Shown here in pieces: positions 48,901 to 58,000 of a DNA stretch of 64,000 bases. Position 1 is the stretch's first letter; the number at the start of each line of letters is the position of its first letter. The translations under genes and the position numbers were made by a program. The DNA lies in the IMG/VR virus record IMGVR_UViG_3300017527_000515, positions 1 through 64,000 of that record; one strand, written 5' to 3'. The stretch comes from a virus. The notes under the pieces are model-generated. The model searched no databases. It was given only the letters and a program-made list of their open reading frames with translations, and was not told where the DNA came from.

Positions 48901-51900
48901 TCGGTATCGTACTCTGGCTCAGTCATGAAAGCTTCGTGGGGATCATCTGTATCTATATTGGAGTAAATTACATTAGCTGTCTTAGTTATTAGATGATCAT
49001 TAGTAGCACCGTATCTTCTGAGGAAATCTATGTTATATCTATGGCCCAGATCTATGGCAAAATATGTGTTATATTTAGCCGCAAAGCTATTGTCCGGGAA
49101 GTAATACAAGTAAGGTAAATATGTATTATTAGCCACAGGGAATTGAGAGTCTACGTTAGAATGATGACCAAAGAATTGATTGTCATCACTGACATAAAAT
49201 GAAAATGGGTACATTCTTTCATAGGGCTTAATTGGTGTTTGCCACATACTAGCATAGCCCAAAGTAGCACCTGCTCCTGAAGTACTTCCAGTAGCGTATC
49301 TATGCCCACCATGGTCTGTGCCACCATCATAGTTAGCTCTTGACGTTCTTGGCTCACATATCCAGCCATCTAAACCCTTGCCTATAAGTATATCAGAACC
49401 GCCAGGCATAAAATACATAATAGACGAATTGCCTGGGTAAGAACTATCAAATGTGGCTCTACCATCTATATCAAAAAAAGCTAATCTATAGAACCCACCA
49501 TAAGCATACTGTTTGCCAGATGAAAAGACCATAAAATACCACTTGTCTTTTACTATGTTGAAATGGTTTACATACCTACTGTATCCAGTTTGGCCATTAT
49601 ATTCTTGTAGAGACCAATTATAGCTATATGCAGAGCCTTTGTTAACCCACCACTCCCATCTATAATAGCTACCATCACTGGCACAATACAACGCCAACCT
49701 CCATCCTCTATACTGGCTTACAGGGGTAGCACTGTAATCGTACTGCTCCATTATAACCTGTCTTTCGCCGCGGGCAGGTAATGTTCTAAACTTTATCCAA
49801 AAATCATGAGTGTGGTATCTACTAGTTACATCCAGTTCTTTACTATTCGTTACCTGTAAATAGTTGTTGGTACCGGAAGGTATTCTCACGCTGCATTTTT
49901 CATAGTCTTCCAGCTCCTCGTCTCTGAACGGGTAATGTTTAACATCATGATCTACATGTAGTTTTAAATCATATACAGTACCTGTTACAGAACCACAGCT
50001 ATTTTCAGTACCTATTGCCGACGTTATGGGGTGTAAAGCACTGCCACCTACAGCTAACTCATTGGCTTCCCAATATATATTAGTAGTCCTTGTGAGATTT
50101 GCTATACGATTGGTTCCATCTATAGCATCAGTCCATACTTCGGCTCTGTATGTTATAGCGTCCGTATCTCTATGATCGTTATCCCCGCCATAACATGTTA
50201 ACTTACAATAGTATTTAGTATCCATATCTAAACCACTAACATAAGTATTCGAATAGCCATTGGGGCTAGTCACACTATAATATCCAATAGTAAAAGGAGC
50301 ATTCTGTCTTACAGCTAAACCAAACCTACCGGGCCATGTACCATTAGAACCTGACTTTGATGGCGGTCCGAACCACATCTGGACTCCAGCAAAGAAATTA
50401 CTACTTATCCTCCGTCTGGCGCTAATCACTCCTACACTCACTGCTGGTTGGTAATCTGTGTAGGTACCACCGTGTGGGTCGCGGCTTCCTGGAGTATAAT
50501 CATTAAGCTCTATCTCAAATGTCACTTCGAATGGCATCTGCTGAAATAGTTTGTATGCTTCGTAACCAGGGTCCTCTCTCATGTCATAATAATATCTATC
50601 ATTTCCTGTCCGGTAGCATCTTGCTACAAAGTCTACATATCCTGGGAACTCACAAATTCCGCTAGTAACTGTACCGCTAGCTGACACGCCAGTAAAACTA
50701 GTTGGTGGTGCCCCTGCGGCATTAGGATAACTAGAGTCGGTTTTCTTTGCCCATTCTGTTAGTGCTGTTGTGCAGCCCATATCTGCATCCAACGCCACAT
50801 TACTGTCAGCCTCTCCTAGATCTATATATGTAGATCCATGCATAGTTACATCGTGTTCATAGTAACTAACGTCTTGTATATATCTTTCGCCGGTGTTTCT
50901 ATCGAACCAAGAGCGCAGACACATCTTAGTATATTTATCTATACCAGAATAGGGGGTCGATGTTCTTTGGAAATTTATATAATCACTTCTACCATCATGC
51001 CATAATTCTATTCTGCCCAACGATATTTGCTCACCTAAATCCATTGTTATGTATTGATCGCCTGCCAGTGTGTAATAACTACCCACTATAGAAGTGTTCT
51101 CTAAATGAGGAGCACGTTCATTAACTGGAGCATCCTCCCAAGTCTTATTTAGATCATGATAAAACTCTGGGTCCAGTAGGTTACCATCACCATCGTAAGC
51201 CCTCATCTCTCTCACGTTCATTGTAGTTCTTGGGTCCATTAATCCGAACTTCCAATATCTATTACGTGAAAGCTGTGGCACGTAAACAGTAGTCTTAGAA
51301 GACGTAGGTAAATTATAGAAATTTATAGAATCACCATTGCTGAGTTCTCCATACTCAGTCCAGTCCAACATATCATTGTATGTATAATGGGCTGTGGCTC
51401 CCTCTATTAAATCCGCAAGGCCAAAAGTATGACAGTTTATAGCACAGTTATAATCTTGGTTCTTTAAAGCGTAGTTAGGTAATTTATAATAACCTGAATC
51501 TGGGCCAATTACTGGATTAGATATATTTGGTATGTTAGATAAGTCACTGTAATAGATCAGTCCCTCTTCTACTAATTTACCTGGGTCTATATCCACATAT
51601 AAATCATACGGTGCTCCGTAGTTATTCTTAATAGTAACCAGTTGGCCTTCATTTATCTGACCTACCTTAGAGTGCTCAGAGTAATATATATATTCACAGC
51701 CCTTCTCGCCAGCATGTAGGTCTTCAGTTTTAACGTATAAAACTACATCATCATACCTGGTTTCGGTTACTGGTATTATCTCCAGTGTGAAGTGTTGGGG
51801 GGAGTCCCCTACGTATATTTCCACTAAATTTTCAGTTTTCTGTACGGACTCTGTAGGCCACCACTCCTCACCGTAGTCAGAGAAAGTCATAACAATTCCG

Positions 51901-54644
51901 CCGGATAAATTAGAACCTATATCCTCAGCAACACCGTAAAGCTCCATCTCTGTAATCTTTGTAGATTTGTGGAAGTCTGTATAAATTCTCCAACCCTTAC
52001 AGATTATAGGCTCCCATTGGTGCTCTATTATTTGCCAATCTACCCTGCGGGCTGTTTGCCATTCTTCAGCATTTGACACATCGAACGTCTGATAAGTAAA
52101 ATAACCACTCTCCTGGCCGGAGTCTGCTCTGTGAGAATAATCCTGTATAACGTCAGAGTATACTGGGTCCCACTCATAAATCACACTACTGGTGGGAGTA
52201 GCTATCATCTCACCGGTGGTGGGGTTCTTAAATAGATATTCAGCTACCTGATTATAGGTTGGCGAGCCTTCGTAAAATTCCACATTGTCCAATATAATCT
52301 TAGTATATTCTGGTATAAGATCATAACGATAATCATCAGCATCGCCTAGAGTGTAATAGAAACCTCCATATGTAGAGGTAGCAAAGTTTCTAAAATTAAA
52401 TTTTTCTTTGAAATAAATTTTAGATTTATATATCTTCTTCTCTTTCTCGTGTGGGAAATGAATATATATAGCTATAGGATCTTCGTCGAAATCAAACACT
52501 GCCTGACTACCGTGTATGTACGTGGCGTGTAACCACACAGCTAACCACTCTTCATCACCATTGACCCAAAAATAATGAGGATTACTAGGAACAACTCCTG
52601 GTCCGGCGTCGTAATTCCAATGTGTGCTAGACAAATCTGTAGTGAGACTATAACTATCACAAGCCAAGCCATCAGGCACATTGTACACACCGTCACTGAG
52701 ATTATCTAAACCATAGTGCACATTAAATCTTTGATACCAAAACTCTCCTGGCATATCTATACGTTTGTGGAATGTCCAATGAAATTCACCGAAAAGGCTA
52801 ACCTCCCAGTTTATGTCCAAACACCTAGCTATATTATATTCTAAAATATTATTAAGGGCCTCGCCCTTCATCTCTACTTTTTCTATATTATACCTATGTC
52901 CTAGATCTATATCAAGGTATAATCTCTTTTGGGGATCATAACCGTGGGCGTATACCAATAGCCCGCCGCTACCTTCTCCGTATAGCCTAAGGGGATTAAA
53001 AATTTCGCCCTGCTCTGGCTTACCTTCTATCTGATGGTACTGAGCATCCACTTCATTACCGGTAACACTCTTACCCACATACATATTTATATTGTAAAAG
53101 GCAAGCATGTCGCCTTTATTTACAAAAACATCTATATCTATATCTATACCTTCTTGGGTTAATGAATACAAAGCATCGTTATAACCTCTATCGATATCTC
53201 TATCAACTAAGGACCATTCATATATAACCTGCATTGTACCGTCTCTTTTGGGACGTACCACCATAACCTTGGCGCCCGATAACTCATCTCCTTTACGTGT
53301 TCCTGTAGTATGGCCACTTGAGCCAGTTTCATGGGGCGTTTTTCTATAATTTGGAGAATCCAATGAGCACATAGCCCATATTTTTCTTATTCTACCGCTG
53401 GCATTAAATGGATGGTTGTAGTCTATTATAGTGCGATCATCGTTAGTTATCATGTAATATTTACGAATTACTTGACCACTAACATCACCATCATTATTTC
53501 CTATTGCAGAAGACATTACGCCGGTGCTTGAAGATAACCAATCCCTGCGGCCGCCCTCTATACTATATTGAAATGGATTAAATGTTAATGCAGTCCTTTC
53601 ATTGTTATCTAACAATCCAAATGCTTGATGAGTTTTTATTTTAAAACTAGACAGAGGAGAGTACCCATTAACTGGCGTAGTGCCATCCGTTTTAGTGGTT
53701 ACATCTTGCCCATATTTATTAGTAAAGTTTAAATACCTAGCCAGATCATTGTCCACAACCTCAACTGTGGAATCTACGTGAAGTGTACCACTGTGTATTT
53801 TAAAAGTATTATCGCTTGTGTACTCTACTTGTACCTCAGAGTACCCACCTATGTTCGTCCTAGATATACCCCTAGCTAGAGAGTTTGCTACCTCTCTGCC
53901 GCTGCCATTCAGTACTTCTCTAATCTTTACTATTTCTTCACCATAGCCATTTATATTTATTATAAATTCCGTAAGATCTTCTATATTGAATCTTTTATTT
54001 GGTTCATGTGATTGGGATTCACACGTAGCTCTTTCGCCTATCCACGGACATGGGTAGGAATATTCACTAAACTTTTCACAGGTAGTATTTCTACATTCAT
54101 GGGATTCAGTAGAAAATATCTCTATCCCTCTTATAAAAAACTCATCGCCATCTGCGCCGTCCGCAATAGCTGGCCAAAATCTTAAGTCATTGATGTCGCC
54201 CTGCCACCACTGTTGAACTCCCACATTAATAACATAGGTGTGCCACTGATTATCTGCCTCTATATCAAATAGTATTTCTTTATCTTCCCCCCAATTAGCT
54301 GACTGTAGAGTTCTCCATTCTAACTTAGCTTGGGTAGGTAGTGGGTGATTACCTCTCTCGTCTCTGGGCCAAGGGTTATACTTCATCACTATACGAACAA
54401 AGTAATGGGTGATAGCATTAACGGGACGGAATACACTAAACCTACCTATAGTTCCCCATTCTCCTAACAACGTACCGAACAGGAATCCTCCCCAACAACC
54501 ATAGGTATGTATATTTCTGAAATATTCCCAACCATCTACCTCACCATTTCTAGAAAAGTCTGCAGAGTATCCAGTAGTACTGTCGTGTAAGCACTTGAGA
54601 GATTGAGTTATGGTAGCATCCTGTGCTATATAATTAGAACCCAT
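45909..54644 (-). CDS. Giant putative virion/baseplate protein (2911 aa) with discoidin and LamG domains
   Basis: N.ALGA.VTGSS..VTDG..W.S..QWLLVDLG..ARYIRL (F5/8-C); GTVEMW..FHIAVS..KIYLN..SNLRIYN (LamG). Confidence 0.8.
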   Translation of the reverse strand: MGSNYIAQDATITQSLKCLHDSTTGYSADFSRNGEVDGWEYFRNIHTYGCWGGFLFGTLLGEWGTIGRFSVFRPVNAITHYFVRIVMKYNPWPRDERGNHPLPTQAKLEWRTLQSANWGEDKEILFDIEADNQWHTYVINVGVQQWWQGDINDLRFWPAIADGADGDEFFIRGIEIFSTESHECRNTTCEKFSEYSYPCPWIGERATCESQSHEPNKRFNIEDLTEFIININGYGEEIVKIREVLNGSGREVANSLARGISRTNIGGYSEVQVEYTSDNTFKIHSGTLHVDSTVEVVDNDLARYLNFTNKYGQDVTTKTDGTTPVNGYSPLSSFKIKTHQAFGLLDNNERTALTFNPFQYSIEGGRRDWLSSSTGVMSSAIGNNDGDVSGQVIRKYYMITNDDRTIIDYNHPFNASGRIRKIWAMCSLDSPNYRKTPHETGSSGHTTGTRKGDELSGAKVMVVRPKRDGTMQVIYEWSLVDRDIDRGYNDALYSLTQEGIDIDIDVFVNKGDMLAFYNINMYVGKSVTGNEVDAQYHQIEGKPEQGEIFNPLRLYGEGSGGLLVYAHGYDPQKRLYLDIDLGHRYNIEKVEMKGEALNNILEYNIARCLDINWEVSLFGEFHWTFHKRIDMPGEFWYQRFNVHYGLDNLSDGVYNVPDGLACDSYSLTTDLSSTHWNYDAGPGVVPSNPHYFWVNGDEEWLAVWLHATYIHGSQAVFDFDEDPIAIYIHFPHEKEKKIYKSKIYFKEKFNFRNFATSTYGGFYYTLGDADDYRYDLIPEYTKIILDNVEFYEGSPTYNQVAEYLFKNPTTGEMIATPTSSVIYEWDPVYSDVIQDYSHRADSGQESGYFTYQTFDVSNAEEWQTARRVDWQIIEHQWEPIICKGWRIYTDFHKSTKITEMELYGVAEDIGSNLSGGIVMTFSDYGEEWWPTESVQKTENLVEIYVGDSPQHFTLEIIPVTETRYDDVVLYVKTEDLHAGEKGCEYIYYSEHSKVGQINEGQLVTIKNNYGAPYDLYVDIDPGKLVEEGLIYYSDLSNIPNISNPVIGPDSGYYKLPNYALKNQDYNCAINCHTFGLADLIEGATAHYTYNDMLDWTEYGELSNGDSINFYNLPTSSKTTVYVPQLSRNRYWKFGLMDPRTTMNVREMRAYDGDGNLLDPEFYHDLNKTWEDAPVNERAPHLENTSIVGSYYTLAGDQYITMDLGEQISLGRIELWHDGRSDYINFQRTSTPYSGIDKYTKMCLRSWFDRNTGERYIQDVSYYEHDVTMHGSTYIDLGEADSNVALDADMGCTTALTEWAKKTDSSYPNAAGAPPTSFTGVSASGTVTSGICEFPGYVDFVARCYRTGNDRYYYDMREDPGYEAYKLFQQMPFEVTFEIELNDYTPGSRDPHGGTYTDYQPAVSVGVISARRRISSNFFAGVQMWFGPPSKSGSNGTWPGRFGLAVRQNAPFTIGYYSVTSPNGYSNTYVSGLDMDTKYYCKLTCYGGDNDHRDTDAITYRAEVWTDAIDGTNRIANLTRTTNIYWEANELAVGGSALHPITSAIGTENSCGSVTGTVYDLKLHVDHDVKHYPFRDEELEDYEKCSVRIPSGTNNYLQVTNSKELDVTSRYHTHDFWIKFRTLPARGERQVIMEQYDYSATPVSQYRGWRLALYCASDGSYYRWEWWVNKGSAYSYNWSLQEYNGQTGYSRYVNHFNIVKDKWYFMVFSSGKQYAYGGFYRLAFFDIDGRATFDSSYPGNSSIMYFMPGGSDILIGKGLDGWICEPRTSRANYDGGTDHGGHRYATGSTSGAGATLGYASMWQTPIKPYERMYPFSFYVSDDNQFFGHHSNVDSQFPVANNTYLPYLYYFPDNSFAAKYNTYFAIDLGHRYNIDFLRRYGATNDHLITKTANVIYSNIDTDDPHEAFMTEPEYDTDDDFYGYGGLPIDRDRWYISNSVTGQETKYLSMHNGRLEQRVDSDMTDGRFTSNFGFRGDFDIEIKCGKVNAPSTFQWWAFLMVQFSDEVLSSWQDTTTDTTRVSARMEYRSDTANPYYRAKAVFYDGGSTSSSHTALSSSDVGLRVIREGFHFYVMYYQNGSWHELYDRPVHDAEGKDVFRLQLGLKCDNAYPTTKIYWRDFKINYADRVVKRSWYDDARWIAVEMLNGDNTSRYIKKLGLYPDLTEVRSPDNHSYNTNGWVDLGPSVTGYSTGNNAALGAAVTGSSSVGTYLPVNVTDGVIDNERAHAWLSDNSSEQWLLVDLGSEKTIYRVKLYHGYSTSDSDFMATDYRIESSLDGQTFTTRWDITSNTSFTRTHDKASSFVARYIRLYITDYKANSEFMIKEEDGINFYRWSGTCMREIQVFEDYGYSLISSEEWPIIAVNLRDQFYILGHEMVGFDVESDVMDWDNSSSNYAWSGEIHQDPKKIAFTDWGVTPDYEQWVLVKRDTATYHNMEPPNATTPASDQAYGVDYLKHLIIKSESKENPIDYPWWWESTISELSRDYSMPVTMCTSALKIDYPASSALDTVRFIEGSDWGVDSDIEWRDGLTFRWYIEDIDKLDTSEGYVFFGGVDGTNSPEPVEYRWYLSTLSGVEVLNTGWNFPFFRLREADEFIYNEDADPFSIILPEIPEYTTLKTWGIKFKGRGEAFSMSIDGGVIGRNHFADQSKFGPGLYLAGSDYFETPISELDLKAGTVEMWLRTDYDFAGLDVYGRFRNRSLFHFGNVANDVFGCMINTEGLIVYYGNLAEDLRAMAVKGLIAGTSDALFHIAVSFSANGQNLGGDNSSLKIYLNNGLVATNYDPWSYTDEKLWKFTLGGKAPLAMVEHSSSLKTTSVNSVVSNLRIYNYCKSDFTDSMNNTFTTNSSDLLLPAKMIEISQDNVTYYKVGDAMLPFFFEKVPAGDSEQIYVRSIIPNDLTGKEDRTAGIITSWDIGV

Positions 54645-55047
54645 ACGGTAGCCTCTTTAATTCGCATTTATTATAAATATGTTGAGGACACGACCCCTTA
54701 CCGTCGTACCCGTTACATTTCCCACAATAATAGAATATTCTATTAGTCTTTCTAAGTCCGCCTGGGTCGGGCATTTGCCCCATAGCAATCCTAGTAAATA
54801 TTCTATCTGAAAGATGTTTTCTAAATACTTTTTCTATTTCCTTCATGGTGTATCTGACTTCTGCATCGCAATCATTACATGTCATTACCAATATATCACT
54901 TATGGTCCCATCTTTTAATTTATCTATATCATCCAGTTTGAATACTTCTGGGTGCTGCCACGCCTCCATAGTTAATCTCTGGTTGTACATAAGCCTTCCC
55001 TTGTCGCAAGAATCACACGGTAAATATCTTATCATATCACTAAACAT
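54634..55047 (-). CDS. Zinc-finger protein
   Basis: CDSC, CNDC, CGKC.G.DG.G.C.....C. Confidence 0.7.
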   Translation of the reverse strand: MFSDMIRYLPCDSCDKGRLMYNQRLTMEAWQHPEVFKLDDIDKLKDGTISDILVMTCNDCDAEVRYTMKEIEKVFRKHLSDRIFTRIAMGQMPDPGGLRKTNRIFYYCGKCNGYDGKGSCPQHIYNKCELKRLPYGF

Positions 55048-55057
55048 ATCCTACTCC

Positions 55058-58000
55058 TTATACAGCAGTACCAGCAAAAGTACCGCCTCCTAGTCCCCAT
55101 TTATCTGTATACTCAGGATCGCCGCCTGCTAATATCATAGCCCTATCATACTTGGCCTGTTGTGTGTAAAATCTCAAAGAATAATATGAGTTGCCTGGAT
55201 CTATAGGTTTACTAGCATCTCGTTCAAGGGGTGTGCCAATCCCAGCATGATCTACATGTATATACCTACCACTAAATACATTCTCTGGGCCGCCGAATAA
55301 CATACACTTTTCTCTCCTGAAGTTACTGGACCATGTGTAATAGTGACCGCCTGGCCTCCAGAAATCGTACTGCTTAAAGTCTTTGTATCTCCAATGCCTT
55401 TCGAATGGTAATTTTTCTGAATTTATCACCAGATTAGCTGAGGGAAATGACTCGCCTATTGTGTTTAAAAATGCTTCACATTTATAAGGGGCTACTGGAG
55501 CATAGTTTATAGTATCACTAGATGGATCTAAATTATATGCATACTCATACAGATCTCGTTGCTCTTTAGCCTCTGTTTCATGTAGATTATCATATGTAAC
55601 TCCTACTATGCGTTCGTCGTCGGGGTGTGATATTCCAGTAACAATTACTTTAGTTTTATCCATAGCCACAACTTCTTTATCAGCAAATCTAGGAGAGCGT
55701 AGGGAGAAATATTGTCCCATGTTCAGTAGATTATCCTCGTGTTTTAAATGATCTCCAGGACCATCTAAATTAATACCCTGGCCGCCTATATCTGATAATT
55801 GTGAAGCTATATATTTTCTTTCATATGTTTTAATATTTTCGTATTTTATATCCACATATCTAGCGAAATATAACTCTACGCTGTCCACAGATATAAAGCT
55901 GCCTGCATAATTATTTAAAGTTACCTGCACGCTATTTGCTATTTTATTTGCCATCTCATAAGGACCTACCAAGAAATCCATATATATAATATATTCTTCT
56001 TGGCCAGACGCTGGGTATTCTGGGGAACCAGCAGCTGAAGAAAGTCCTTTCGGTGAGCCGGTGCTTCCATCATTGAAATTACATGACACGCGTATACCAG
56101 GTCTAACCACTGTGTGTATGGTAGGCCTTGGTGGGTCCGAATCATTTAGCCCCTGAATATCTCCCCATATACCCCGTACCACAACTCTAGATAAAGGAGC
56201 TACAGACACTGGAGTGTAATCTATCACTACACTTCCAGAATCCCATACAAAAGAGCCGGGTATATTCATATCACCAGCTGTTTCTGAGGCTGTATTGCCC
56301 AGATCCATCTCCTCTATAGTCTCCTCTTTGGGTAGATAATACAGTCTATCTCGTGTCATCTCGGCTATCAATCCTCTGTTGTAATAACCATAAATATATC
56401 CTAGATTTATTCCGGTGTCTGGAGTTTTACCTATTATACCTTTACGTTCGGCAGCATCAGCATCTTCGATGGTAAATGATGCTGAACTATCAAACAGCAT
56501 GTTATCTTCATGTATCCAATCCGATCCGTAAGCCTTCTCATATATGTTGTCCTCGCCCTGGCCTGCATCCGTATCAGCGCCGCCACCTTCATCATTCCAA
56601 TCTACTGGTTGTGATGCCACATACTCATTCTCACCGTACAGTACTTCAAATGCTCTAGGATGTGCACCACCTATGGACAATGTTGGATATACGGACAGAA
56701 ATCCCTCTTCGAACTTCGGCGCTGTATATACTATTTTGTAATCACCTTCATCCAATATAGTTCTATGCTCGTTTTTATAATAATCCCATATGTATGGTGC
56801 CTTCTTTAAATCTACAAAATCTAAGAACCCCACGGCTGTTGTCGTATCAGTGTCGGCGTCCTCATCCTCTCCGGGCTCTGTTACTGGTAATTCATTAGAA
56901 GCATTTCTTTCTATTTCCAGCCAATCCTCCTGCCAGGCCCAAGCAGCCTTTTGTTTTTTTAAATAGTAAAACACAGCTTTAGTTGCTATAGTACCTATGG
57001 GGTATGTGGGAAGTGGATAACTACTATTACCTTCATGATGCACTTCAAACAACTCATCCCATCTGTATCTACCGCCCAAAGCTTCTGGATCATCCTCTAC
57101 TTCCTCTTCGGTAGGCTCGACGGGTTTTCGCTCTTCATTTACAGCTGCACAAGTAGCCATGGTCATTTGATGGAAATATCTAAAAGGTTCGAACCCTTGA
57201 TCTGGGGATATACCTACATACTTATCCTCATAAGCGTCGTCATAAGAGTTAAACCCTGAATAAAAACTGCTATGATCTAACATCAAAGGCATCCAATCAG
57301 CCTTTTGTAATATCCCATTCACTACAAACGGTATTATATGAGTAATATAATCCTCACTTAAATATTTCTCTACGTATTCTCTACCTTCATTGCCAAACGG
57401 AGGTGGATACCAACCATTCTCAGCGTACTCTCCTAAATCTACTGGGCCCCTCTTAAACACCCTACCGGCAAAGATTACTGAAGATGCCTCGGCATCACTA
57501 TACCAAAAATCACAACCGCAGTCACAAGAGGATGCCCAATTACCTCTAACATCACCAAAAGCATCGTATTTATAAGGACCACAGTATCTATAGTCCCATC
57601 TCTTCAGTACTGTTCCACCGCCTACAAATTCTTTTTCTCCAGTAAGTGGGTTAACATTACCGCCAGAATCGGGACCTACATAACCAGCTTGACAATTATT
57701 ACATACAGTAAATTCATCATACATATCATAGCCGCGGCACACATTATAAGGAAACCACATAGGCCCTTCCCATTTTTGCCATGAATGTAGATGATCTCCA
57801 CAGTTAGGTACTTCAACGTGTTTATATGGAGCTGATAGTGGTGCATCCTGCTTGATATCTATACAAAAACCTGATCTAGGCTGTAGTGCGTACTGTCTAC
57901 CTTCCGCGCTATATCTATAGAATATATCCACGCCACGGCAGCCTTCTTTAACAATTTGTGTTACCATTTTAGTTGCGAATGAGTTTATAGTTCTCCCATT

